Origin: Rhizophagus irregularis
Lineage: Eukaryota
Direction: 5' to 3'
NCBI RefSeq assembly: GCF_026210795.1
Contig: NC_089435.1
Span: forward strand, 2,542,001-2,606,000
Length of the DNA stretch: 64,000 nucleotides
Below, one piece after another: positions 27,201 through 40,196 of the stretch. A program made the position numbers and the translations under genes. The notes beneath the pieces were generated by a model, which was given only the letters and a program-made list of their open reading frames with translations, was not told the origin of the DNA and searched no databases. Each line of letters starts with the position of its first letter. Positions within the stretch are counted from its first letter, which is position 1.

Positions 27201-30200
27201 AATTAGTTAGTTTAAATTATATGTAAATATTATAACAATAAGTAATAATAGAATTAAATAAATAACTTACCATCTATAAAATAATTTTTTAAATAAAGAA
27301 ATTAGTTAGTTTAAATTATATGTAAATATTATAACAATAAGATAAAATAATTTTTTAAATAAAAAAATTAGTTAGTTTAAATTATATGTAAATATTATAA
27401 CAATAAGTAATAATAGAATTAAATAAATAACTTACCATCTATAAAATAATTTTTTAAATAAAGAAATTAATTAGTTTAAATATTATAACAATAAGTAATA
27501 ATAAAATTAAATAAATAACTTACACCCTATATTATTTAATAATTTTTTAAATAAAGAAATTAGTTAGTTTAAATTATATGTAAATATTATAACAATAAGT
27601 AATAATAGAATTAAATAAATAACTTACTCTCTATATTATTTAATAATTTTTAAATAAAGAAATTAGTTAATTTAAATTATATGCAAATATTATAATAATA
27701 AGTAATAATAGAATTAAATAAATAACTTATGACTTACCAACTAAAAAAATTATAAAATAATTTTTTAAATAAAGAAATTAGTTGGTTTAAATTATATGTA
27801 AATATTATAACAATAAGTAATAATGGAATTAAATAAATAACTTACTCTCTATATTATTTAACAATTTTTTAAATAAAGAAATTAGTTAGTTTAAATTATA
27901 TGTCCCTATAAAAAATAAATGTCCAGAAAATGTCTACGAAAATGTCTGGAAATTGTCCAGAATAAATCTGACATATCCAGAAATTGTCCGGAAAATGTCT
28001 ATTGTTTGCTACAAATTTGATACCTAAAATTTTGACATATCCGGACTTTGTCCAGAATATATCCAGAATTTGTCCAGTATAAAATTTTGGACAAATTCCG
28101 GACAGATAAACCCAGACAAATTCCGGACATAGTAAAAATTCAGATAATTTGAACTGGACAAATTCCGGACATGAAAAAATTCTGGACAAATTCTGGACGC
28201 TACTTCCAAAAAAGGATAAATTAATTTTGTAAAAAAAATGCAAAAATCACAAGACTGACATTCATAACCTCCTTTGTCATACTAATTAAATTTGCTAAGC
28301 AGGCAAAAATACTATATATCTATGATATAAAACTTTAGGTTAAAAGCAATTATAATGATGGCCACCTGTTGATCATCTTTTTGTGAAAATTTTATGAAAA
28401 AATATTTCAGGTCAATTTCCGGACAAATTCTGGACAAAATGAGTGTCCGGAAATGAGTGTGTTTTCGGAACAATTTCTGGACATGGTACCTGGCATTTTC
28501 TGGACATTTTCTGGACAATTATTTAGACAAATTTGCCGGACAATTTCTGGACAATTTCCGGACTCTTATTTTTTATAGGGTGTAAATATTATAACAATAA
28601 GTAATAATAGAATTAAATAAATAACTTATGACTTACCAACTAATAAAATTATAAAATAATTTTTTAAATAAAAAAATTAGTTAGTTTAAATTATATGTAA
28701 ATATTATAACAATAAGTAATAATAGAATTAAATAAATAACTTACTCCCTATATTATTTAATAAATTTTTAAATAAAGAAATTGGTTAGTTTAAATTATAT
28801 GTAAAATAAGAAATAATAGAATTAAATAAATAACTTATGACTTACCGACTAAAAAAATTATAAAATAATTTTTTAAATAAAAAAATTAGTTAGTTTAAAT
28901 TATATGTAAATATTATAACAATAAGTAATAATAGAATTAAATAAATAACTTACTCCCTATATTTTTTAATAATTTTTTAAATAAAGAAATTGGTTAGTTT
29001 AAATTATATGTAAAATAAGTAATAATAGAATTAAATAAATAACTTATGACTTACCAACTAAAAAAATTATAAAATAATTTTTTAAATAAAGAAATTAGTT
29101 AGTTTAAATTATATGTGAATATTATAACAATAAGTAATAGAATTAAATAAATAACTTACTATCTATAAAATAATTTTTTAAATAAAGAAATTAGTTAGTT
29201 TAAATTATATGTAAATATTATAACAATAAGTAGTAATAATAGAATTAAATAAATAACTTACCATCTATAAAATAATTTTTTAAATAAAAAAATTAGGTAG
29301 TTTAAATTATATGTATATATTATAACAATAAGTAATAATAGAATTAAATAAATAACTTACAATCTTTAAAATAATTTTTAAATAAAGAAATTAGTTAGTT
29401 TAAATTATATGTAAATATTATATCAATAAGTAATAATAGAATTAAATAAATAACTTACACCCTATATTATTTAATAATTTTTTTAAATAAAGAAATTAGT
29501 TAGTTTAAATTATATGTGAATATTATAACTAGGGATGGCAACGGTCATGGTCATTAACCGATTATGACCGGCCATGGCTGTGACTGATATTGGTTGGTCA
29601 AGACTTCTGACCGACTGTTTGACTGACCAAATTTTTTTATAAAGAATTTAATAAAAATGTCACGAAAACATTTTTATTAATAATTTAATTAAAAAAAACA
29701 TTTTCGCAAATGTTATTATTTTAACAAAAATGTTGTGAAATGTTTTTATTAATAATTTAATTAAAATAAAGCTTTTTCGCAACATTTTTTTAATTATTTT
29801 AATAGAAACGTTGCAAAAATGTTTTTTATTAATAATTTAATAAAAAAAAAAGTTTTCACACATTTTTTCAATTGCCTTAATAAAAACGCAGAAAAAAAAT
29901 GATCAGCCAAATGGTCAGTCAAACAGTCAGTCAGTCGGTCAAAGGTTCTTGACTGGTCATAACTGACCATTGACCGACCATGACTGACCGTTGCCATCCC
30001 TAATTATAACAATAAGTAATAACAGAATTAAATAAATAACTTACCATCTATAAAATAATTTTTTAAATAAAGAAATTAGTTAGTTTGAATTATATGTAAA
30101 TATTATAACAATAAGTAATAATAGAATTAAATAAATAACTTACTCCCTATATTATTTAATAATTTTTTAAATAAAGAAATTAATTAGTTTAAATTATATG

Positions 30201-33200
30201 TAAATATTATAACAATAAGTAATAATAGAATTAATTAAATAACTTACTCCCTATATTATTTAATAATTTTTTAAATAAAGAAATTAATTAGTTTAAATTA
30301 TATGTAAATATTATAACAATAAGTAATAATAGAATTAAATAAATAACTTACTCCCTATATTATTTAATAATTTTTTAAATAAAGAAATTAGTCAGTTTAA
30401 ATTATATGTAAATATTATAACAATAAGTATTAATAGAATTAAATAAATAACTAACGAGCTATATTATTTAAATAAAAAAATTAGTTAGTTTAAATTATAT
30501 GTAAATATTATGATAATAAGTAATAACAAAATTAAATAAATAACTTACGAACTATATTATTTAATAATTTTTTAAATAAAGAAATTAATTAGTTTAAATT
30601 ATATGTAAATATTATGACAATAAGTAATAATAGAATTAAATAAATAACTTACTCCCTATATTATTTAATAATTTTTTAAATAAAGAAATTAGTTAGTTTA
30701 AATTATATGTAAATATTATAACAATAAGTAATAATAGAATTAAATAAATAACTTACTATCTATAAAATAATTTTTTTAAATAAAGAAATTAGTTAGTTTA
30801 AATTATATGTAAATATTATAACAATAAGTAATAATAGAATTAAATAAATAACTTACCATCTATAAAATAATTTTTTAAATAAAGAAATTAATTAGTTTAA
30901 ATATTATAACAATAAGTAATAATAAAATTAAATAAATAACTTACACCCTATATTATTTAATAATTTTTTAAATAAAGAAATTAATTAGCTTAAATTATAT
31001 GTAAATATTATATCAATAAGTAATAATAGAATTAAATAAATAACTTATGACTTACCAACTAAAATAAATTACAAAATAATTTTTAAATAAAAAAATTAAT
31101 TAGTTTAAATTATATGTAAATATTATAACAATAAGTAATAATAGAATTAAATAAATAACTTACTCCCTATATTATTTAATAATTTTTTAAATAAAGAAAT
31201 TAATTAGTTTAAATTTTGTGTAAATATTATAACAATAGGTAATAATATAATTAAATAAATAACTTACTCCCTATATTAACCCAAAGATAAGATTTTCTGG
31301 TAATTTTTATCTTTAAGGGGAAAAAATTTTAGTCGATCATCCCATTTTGACCAGATTTTCGCCAAAATTTTCCCATTCCATTTTTAAAAATCACCACATG
31401 CACAGTTGCCGTGGATACGAAAAAAATTGCCTTTTTGGTAAAAAAGTCTCCAGTTAATCTTTATATTATTATGTACTTGTACATGTACATGAACATGAAC
31501 ATGAACATGAACATGAACATGTACAGTACATGTACATGTACAGAGAAAGTGAACATTCACTATGGAAACTTTTTGCGCTGAGTTTAACTGTGCTGCTCAA
31601 AAAGAATGTTAACTTGACAGATCATGAAATAGTATGTTGATCATTTTTTATTAAAATGTGAAAAAAAAAAAAATTTTTTTTTTTTAATCAAAAACGTCAA
31701 AAATTTGACGTTTTTGTGATTGAAAAATAAAAAAAAAATTGATTTTTTTTAATCAAAACGTCAGACTTGACGTTTTTGTGATTGAAAAATCAAAAATAAT
31801 TGATTTTTTTAAATCAAAAACGTCAAAATAATTGATTTTTTTAATCAACTTGACGTTTCTGTGATTAAAAAATCAAAAAAAAATGATTTTTTTAATCAAA
31901 AACGTCAGACTTGACATTTCTGTGATTAAAAAATCAAAAAAAAAATGATTTTTTTAATCAAAAACGTCAGACTTGACATTTCTGTGATTAAAAAATCAAA
32001 AAAAAATGATTTTTTTAATCAAAAACGTCAGACTTGACGTTTCTGTGATTAAAAAATCAAAAAAAAAATGATTTTTTTAATCAAAAACGTCAGACTTGAC
32101 GTTTCTGTGATTAAAAAATCAAAAAAAAATGATTTTTTTAATCAAAAACGTCAGACTTGACGTTTCTGTGATTAAAAAATCAAAAAAAAAATGATTTTTT
32201 TAATCAAAAACGTCAGACTTGACGTTTTTGTGATTAAAAAATCAAAAAAAAATGATTTTTTTTAATCAAAAGTCTGATGATTTTGTAATTAAAATCAAAA
32301 AAATTTGATTTTTATTAGCTAAAAACGTAAGACTTGACGTTTTTGTTATTAAAAATCAAGGAAGAATGATTTTTATTAGCTGAAAACGTCAGACTTGACG
32401 TTTTTGTTATTAAAAATCAAGGAAAATGATTTTATTAGCTAAAAACGTCAGACTTGACATTTTTGTTATTAAAAATCAAGAAAATTTGATTTTTATTAGC
32501 TAAAAACGTCAGACTTGACGTTTTTGTTATTAAAAATCAAGAAAATTTGATTTTTATTAGCTAAAAACGTCAGACTTGACGTTTTTGTTATTAAAAATCA
32601 AGAAAATTTGATTTTTATTAGCTAAGAACGTCAGACTTGACGTTTTTGTTATTAAAAATCAAGGAAAAATGATTTTTATTAGCTAAAAACGTCAGACTTG
32701 ACGTTTTTGTTATTAAAAATCAAGGAAAATGATTTTTATTAGCTAAAAACGTCAGACTTGACGTTTTTGTTATTAACAATCAAGGGAAAATGATTTTCAT
32801 TAGCTAAAAACGTCAGACTTGACGTTTTTGTTATTAACAATCAAGGGAAAATGATTTTTATTAGCTAAAAACGTCAGACTTGACGTTTTTGTTATTAAAA
32901 ATCAAGGAAAAATGATTTTTATTAGCTGAAAACGTCAGACTTGACGTTTTTGTTATTAAAAATCAAGGAAATTTGATTTTTATTAGCTGAAAACGTCAGA
33001 CATGACATTTTTGTTATTAAAAATCAAGGAAATTTTGATTTTTATTAGCTAAAAACATCATACTTGACGTTTTTGTTAGCTAAAAATCAAAAAAAATAGT
33101 GTACTTTTGTAAAAGTATACTAATAAATTAATAAAAGATTTTTTTATAACAATAGATTGTGTTTAGTGAGATTTATAAAAAAATTTAATGAGACTTTTTT

Positions 33201-36200
33201 TTAATAATAGTTTGGCATAAAAAAATTTTCTAGGATTTTCTTTTTTAATAATATAATGGTATAGTACAATAGATAGATATAATAAAATTTTCTGGGATTT
33301 ATTTTAATAACAATAGGTATGATAAAATTTTGATTTTTTTTTTAATATTAAACAATAGATTGGTATCATAGTACAATAGATTTATTTAATAAGTTTTTTG
33401 TGATTTTTTTAATAACAATAAATTGGTAATAACAATTATTAACTTATTAAGTTAATAATTGTTTTTTAGTAAAATTTTTTCCAGTAATACTAATACTACT
33501 AATAGGTAATAGATAACTTAATAAACTTTTATAAAATAGATTAAGATATATAAAAAAAATTTGAGATTTTTTTAACAATAGATTGGTACAATGAATAGAT
33601 ATAAAAAAATTTTCTGAATTTTTTTTTTAATAATAGATTGATATAAATATATTTTCTGAACTTTTTTTTTAACAATAGAGTCATTAGATCAATATAAAAA
33701 ATTTTTTGATAACAACAGATTGGTATGTTATAACTTATAATGGATAGATATAAAGAATTTTCTAAGGTTTTTTATTAATACAATAGATCAGTTTCTGGAA
33801 TTTTTTATGACAAATTAATTGGTATAGTACAAAAGATACTAGGTATAAAATTTCTTGGGATTTATTTTAATAACAATAGGTATGATAAAATTTTTGGTGA
33901 CTTTTTTTTAATAATAATAGATTGGTAATAGACAATTATTACTGCGACTAGTAATTATTGAAAACCAATCTGATTTGCCAATTCATTATCAGTTCAGTTT
34001 TTAATGTTTTTGCAACATTTTTTATTGTCTATTACCAATCTATTGTTATTAAAAAAAACACAAAAAATTTTATTAAATCAATCCATTGTACTATACCATC
34101 CATTGTACTATGATACCAATCTATTATTGTTATTAAAAAAAAAATAATCACCAAAAATTTAGCATACCTATTGTTATTAATATAAATCTCAGAAAATTTT
34201 ATTATATCTACTGTATCTATTGTACTATACCATTAAAAAAATCTTGGAAAATTTTTTTATTACTACTTATCAGTAATATTAGTGTTACTGTGAACTATAA
34301 AAAAAATCTTACTAAAAACAATTATTAACTTCAGTTAATAAGTTAATTGTCTATTACCAATATATTGTTATTAAAAAAAAATCATAGAAAATTTTTTTAT
34401 AAATCTCACTAACACAATCTATTGTTATAAAAAAATCTTTTATAAATTTATTAGTATACTTTCAAAACTAAACTCACTCACTATATCCAAAAGTACACTA
34501 GTTATTTAATAATTTTTTAAATAAAGAAATTAATTAGTTTAAATTATATGCAAATATTATAACAATAAGTAATAATAGAATTAAATAAATAACTTACTCC
34601 CTATATTATTTAATAATTTTTTAAATAAAGAAATTAATTAGTTTAAATTATATGTAAATATTATAACAATAAGTAATAATAGAATTAAATAAATAACTTA
34701 CTCCCTATATTATTTAATGATTTTTTAAATAAAGGAATTAGATAGTTTAAATTATATGTAAATATTATAACAATAAGTAATAATAGAATTAAATAAATAA
34801 CTTACCATCTATAAGATAATTTTTTAAATAAAGAAATTAATTAGTTTAAATATTATAACAATAAGTAATAATAAAATTAAATAAATAACTTACACCCTAC
34901 ATTATTTAATAATTTTTTAAATAAAGAAATTAGTTGGTTTAAATTATATGTAAATATTATAACATAAGTAATATTAGAATTAAATAAATAACTTATGACT
35001 TACCAACTAAAATAAATAACAAAATAATTTTTTAAATAAAGAAATTAGTTGGTTTAAATTATATGTAAATATTATAACAATAAGTAATAATAGAATTAAA
35101 TAAATAACTTACCATCTATAAAATAATTTTTTAAATAAAGAAATTAATTAGTTTAAATATTATAACAATAAGTAATAATAGAATTAAATAAATAACTTAC
35201 ACCCTATATTATTTAATAATTTTTTAAATAAAGAAATTAGTTAGTTTAAATTATATGTAAATATTATAACAATAAGTAATAATAGAATTAAATAAATAAC
35301 TTACCATCTATAAAATAATTTTTTAAATAAAGAAATTAGTTAGTTTAAATTATATGTAAATATTATAACAATAAGTAATAATAGAATTGAATAAATAACT
35401 TACACTCTAAATTATTTAATAATTTTTTAAATAAAAAAATTAGTTAGTTTAAATTATATGTAAATATTATAACAATAAGTAATAATAGAATTAAATAAAT
35501 AACTTACCATCTATAAAATAATTTTTTAAATAAAAAAATTAGTTAGTTTAAATTATATGTAAATATTATAACAATAAGTAATAATAGAATTAAATAAATA
35601 ACTTACCATCTATAAAATAATTTTTTAAATAAAGAAATTAGTTAGTTTAAATTATATGTAAATATTATAACAATAAGTAATAATAGAATTAAATAAATAA
35701 CTTACACTCTATATTATTTAATAATTTTTTAAATAAAAAAATTAGTTAGTTTAAATTATATGTAAATATTATAACAATAAGTAATAATAGAATTAAATAA
35801 ATAACTTACCATCTATAAAATAATTTTTTAAATAAAAAAATTAGTTAGTTTAAATTATATGTAAATATTATAACAATAAGTAATAATAGAATTAAATAAA
35901 TAACTTACCATCTATAAAATAATTTTTTAAATAAAGAAATTAATTAGTTTAAATATTATAACAATAAGTAATAATAAAATTAAATAAATAACTTACACCC
36001 TATATTATTTAATAATTTTTTAAATAAAGAAATTAGTTAGTTTAAATTATATGTAAATATTATAACAATAAGTAATAATAGAATTAAATAAATAACTTAT
36101 AACTTACGATCTTTTAAATAAAGAAATTAGTTAGTTTAAATTATATGTAAATATTATAACAATAAGTAATAATAGAATTAAATAAATAACTTACACCCTA

Positions 36201-37095
36201 TATTATTTAATAATTTTTTAAATAAAGAAATTAGTTAAATTATATAAATAATATAAATATAGATATCATATAACTTACACCCTGTAGTATTATTAATTAT
36301 TAATTAGTTAAATATAAAGATAATATAAAAGTATTTACTGTAAATTATATATATTACTTACAATCTAGTAGTTATTTAAATTAAGAATATAATTAGTTGA
36401 ATTATGTAAAATATTAAACAAATAAATATAATATATATATTGTAACTTACCATCTGTAATATAATTAATTATTAAATAGTTATTTAAACAAAGAATTTAG
36501 TTAATTGAATGTTATGTAGAATAAATAATTAAAGGAATAAAGATTTAAATAACTGATAACTTACCAACTACAGTATTATTAATCATTAAATAAATTATTT
36601 AGTTATATGGAATACAATAAAAATAATGAGTAATTCATTATATTAACTTACAAGCTAAATATTTAATATAATTTTTATATAAAATAGTTAGCCTAAATAG
36701 TATTTGAATTGTTTATAAATAAAAATTTAATATTTTAGCTTGTTTGATATACCTTTAGGTTCTCCAGTGCCACTTCCTTCAAATTCCTTGATGCTACTTC
36801 TTTCAAATTCTTCAGTGCCACTTTCTTCAAATTCTTCAATATTTCTGGAAACTAGTTTTATTATATTGGAAAATTTGGTTTAATTATATTTGATTATTTA
36901 TAATTAAGTTTTCTTAATAAATAAAAATCTTAATATTTCAATTTTGTTTTGTATACTATATTTACCTTCAGGTTCTTTGGTATCACACAAAACTAGTTTT
37001 ATTATATTGCAAGTTTGTTTTAATAATTTTGAATAATCCTAATTTATATTACTATTCATGTTATATGCTTTACCTTTACCAATACGTTGGCCCAT
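24223..37095 (-). CDS. Tyrosine-kinase-like protein kinase with about 72 exons, including 64 3-nt microexons and one 1-nt exon
   Basis: Exons 37095-37074 (MGQRIGK), 36992-36966, 36851-36753, microexons 36654-25872, 25788, 25719-25509 (GGFG, VILK), 25429-24532 (HCDFHDGN, DLG, MAPE), 24454-24326, 24245-24223 (stop); all GT-AG, continuous frame. Confidence 0.85.
27904..28580. mobile_element. CCC...GGG MITE (copy 1) in an array intron
   Basis: TIR CCCTATAAAAAATAA; 3-bp TSD TGT; internal tccgga/ctggac repeats. Confidence 0.92.
29530..30002. mobile_element. hAT-type MITE in an array intron
   Basis: TIR TAGGGATGGCAACGGTCA; 8-bp TSD ATTATAAC. Confidence 0.93.
31279..34501. mobile_element. 3.2-kb composite non-coding insertion (possibly Helitron/Helentron-like)
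   Basis: Array unit resumes exactly after it; left hairpin, (CATGAA)n, minisatellite, foldback 33097-34500, ends CTAG; possible TTA duplication. Confidence 0.7.
31680..33090. repeat. 60-62-bp minisatellite with internal palindrome aaaacgtca-gact-tgacgtttt
   Basis: About 23 copies in two sequence subtypes, switching near 32290. Confidence 0.92.
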
Positions 37096-38386
37096 TGCTA
37101 TAATAATTAAAAAAAAAGAAAAAAAGATATTTACTTTATCTTTTTCAATTAGGAGAATTTTGATAAACGCCTTTTAATAATATCTATGCAAAATACATTA
37201 TGTGCAAAGGTGTTGATCACAAGTACAAGCATTGCATCATTGCATATCATTGCATATATGACAAACAAATTTTGCATAACCAGAATGTATATCAATTATT
37301 ATATAGCCCGCCGTAGTACAAAAAGGCAGAACTACCTGCTACTAAATACAGCCAATCTCTCCACAGTTAATGAAATTTTACCTTAATTGGGAATTTTTTT
37401 TTGGCTCCTTTTTTTAAAAAAATTTTTTTTTTTCAAACCGAAAATTTGTTTTTTCTCATTCTTTTCCGGTTTAGGCTTAATTTTTTTTCCCAAACTTAAA
37501 AATTTTTTTTTTTTATTAAATAATCCTATTGTTTCGGTCTTTTAAAAACCGATTTTTTTTATATTATTTTTTTTCGATCTTTTTTTTTTAGACCGTATTG
37601 TTATTTTTTTAAAAAAATTTTTTTTTTTCATTCTTTTTGGACTGAATTATTGTCCCTTTTTTTCAGAATTTTTTCGGTACTTATTTTTTTTTTCAGGTTC
37701 CTTTTTTTCAGAAATTTCCCTTTTTTATTTTTCTTTTCCCAAAATTTTTTTTGATTTTGTTTTATTATTAAATAAAGAAATATAAATATATTTATCATAC
37801 AAAAATTATTATTTTTTTAAAAAAATCAAGTAACATATAGGAAAATTAACCAACATTGATAGAAAAATTGATTAAGGTTTTTTCAATTAAATTAAACGCT
37901 GGATAAATAGTTTTGATTTTTAAATTCATAAAAATCAAAAAAATTGATATTTTATAATTAGTTAATTGAAGAAATTATTGATTTAATAATAGATTATTAT
38001 AATCAAACCCATATCCGAAATTTTTTAAATAATCACCAGATTTTTGAATAAAGATTTTAATTCAAATGGTTTAGTTAAATTAATAATTTATCGAGTAAAA
38101 TGCGTATCAAATAATAATAATAAATGAAATAAACAGATTCTAATACATTTAATTGTTCAAATATTTTTCCTAAGTTGGTTATAAGTTTAAGATTGACGTA
38201 ATATTAAAATAATAAGAAATAATTATAAAATTTATAATTAATTAACAATAATATTTGTAATATTTTCATAATATCGAAAATACTTTTGATAATTATCTTT
38301 CACAATTTCTTAATTAATTCGAATTTCATTCTACACTCAAACGTCAAATCATTAATATAAATAGCTACATTATTGTAAATATAATT

Positions 38387-40196
38387 GGGAATTGCTAAAC
38401 ATCACCTGGGCGATTGTCGCCTGGGTTTTTTTGTTCAAATATGTCACATGATTTACCATATATACAGAGTAAATTTATTAATCGGCTGACGGCTGATTTT
38501 TTCAACTTAGTTAATTTTTGATCGGCTAAACTTAAAATTTTATCTCAAAAGATATTTTAAAAAAAATTTTTTTGCAAACATATTTATTCAAAATAATCTT
38601 ATCTAATGAAATTTTATTTGCAAATATTAAAATTTAAATCACACATTTACGATTTTAAAGAAAAAATCACTATTTATTTTTAATGAAGTGATACTATAAA
38701 AGAAAGATATTAAGTAAATTACAATGATCAAGAAGAAAGATGCTAATAAAAAAATGAAATAACAATGAAGTAATGGAAAGTAATAGAAGATGAAAGGGAG
38801 TAAAAAAGAGTAATATGAATTGATAGGAAACAAAAGGAGTAATAGGACATGACCCTATAAAAAATAAATGTCCGGAAAATGTCTACGAAAATGTCCGGAA
38901 ATTGTCCAGAATAAATCTGGCATGTCCAGAAATTGTCCGGAAAATGTCTATTCTTTGCTACAAATTTGATACCTAAAATTTTGACATATCCGGACTTTGT
39001 CCAGAATATATCCAGAATTTGTCCAGTATAAAATTTTGGACAAATTCCGGACAGATAAACCTGGACAAATTCCGGACATGAAAAAATTCTGGACAAATTC
39101 TGGACGCTACTTCCAAAAAAGGATAAATTAATTTTGTAAAAAATTGCAAAAAGCACAAGACTGACATTCATAACCTTCTTTGTCATACTAATTAAATTTG
39201 CTGAGCAGGCAAAAATACTATATATCTATGATAAAAAACTTTAGGTTAAAAGCAATTATAATGATGGTTACCTGTTGATCATCTTTTGTGCCAAATTTTA
39301 TGAAAAAATATTTCAGGTCAATTTCCGGACAAATTCTGGACAAAATGAGTGTCCGGAAACGAGTGTGTTTTCGGAACAATTTCCGGACATGGTACCTGGC
39401 ATTTTCTGGACATTTTCTGGACAATTATTTAGACAAATTTTCCGGACATATTCTGGACAATTTCCGGACACTTATTTTTTATAGGGTGATGGGAGATGAA
39501 AAGGAGTGATAGGAGGATGAAGAGAAGTGATGGAAGACGAAATGGAGCGATGGGAAGATGAAAAGAAGTGATGGGAAGATGAAGAGGAGTGATGGGAGAC
39601 GAAAAGGGTGATGAGAGACAAAAAAAGTTATGAGAAAATGAAGAGGAGTGGTGGGAGACGAAAAAGAGTTATGAGAGACAAAAAGAAATGATGGGAAGTA
39701 AACAGGAGAGAAAAAGAAATAATGGAAAACGAAAAGATGTAATAGAAAAAAATGAAGTTAGTAAGAAACGAAATATAAGATAGAAACAAAATAAAAAAAA
39801 ATAAATAAATAAAAAAAATATTTTTATTTAATTGTAGAACCGAAAGAACTAAAAGATCTAAAAAAAAATGAAATAAAATTAGTTAAAAATGAAATATGAA
39901 ACAGAAACAAAATAAAAAAAAATAAAAAATAAGAAACGAAATGTAAAGTGAAAAACAACTGAACCTTAATTGCAGAACCGGAAGGACTAAATAATGAAAT
40001 AGAGTTAGTAAGAAACAAAGTGTAAGAATGTAAGTTAGAAATAAAAATAATAGAAAAAAAGAAAAATACCTCGAGACCGAAAGAACCAAGGAAACGAACC
40101 TCGAGCCTATAATTAAAGTAATCATGTGGCCAATCTGGGCAATCAAAAATATTAAATCTGCCGCGTGATCGACCCAGGCGATGTTTTAAAATTCCC
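38387..40196. mobile_element. Mutator (MULE)-like non-autonomous element
   Basis: Imperfect TIR GGGAATTGCTAAACATCACCTGGG / CCCAGGCGATGTTTTAAAATTCCC; 9-bp TSD AATATAATT. Confidence 0.75.
38853..39486. mobile_element. CCC...GGG MITE (copy 2), nested in the MULE
   Basis: Near-identical to 27904-28580 with about 43 bp missing; 3-bp TSD TGA. Confidence 0.92.

Larger units (their letters stand above)
25788..36654 (-). repeat. Tandem array of about 100-bp intron + 3-nt microexon units
   Basis: Minus-strand unit gtaagttatttatttaattctattattacttattgttataatatttacatataatttaaactaactaatttctttatttaaaaaattattttatag-NNN. Confidence 0.93.

Noticed and set aside
27896..28518. Short ORFs in MITE copies (also 38743-39509)
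   Set aside because: Products of internal repeats, overlapping on both strands, no transposase motifs
27904..34501. All three insertions fall in introns, read as evidence of selection
   Set aside because: About 97% of the array is intron, so this is expected by chance
25788..36654. CRISPR array or plain satellite
   Set aside because: Eukaryotic context, no cas genes, variable part only 3 nt and bounded by AG/GT splice signals
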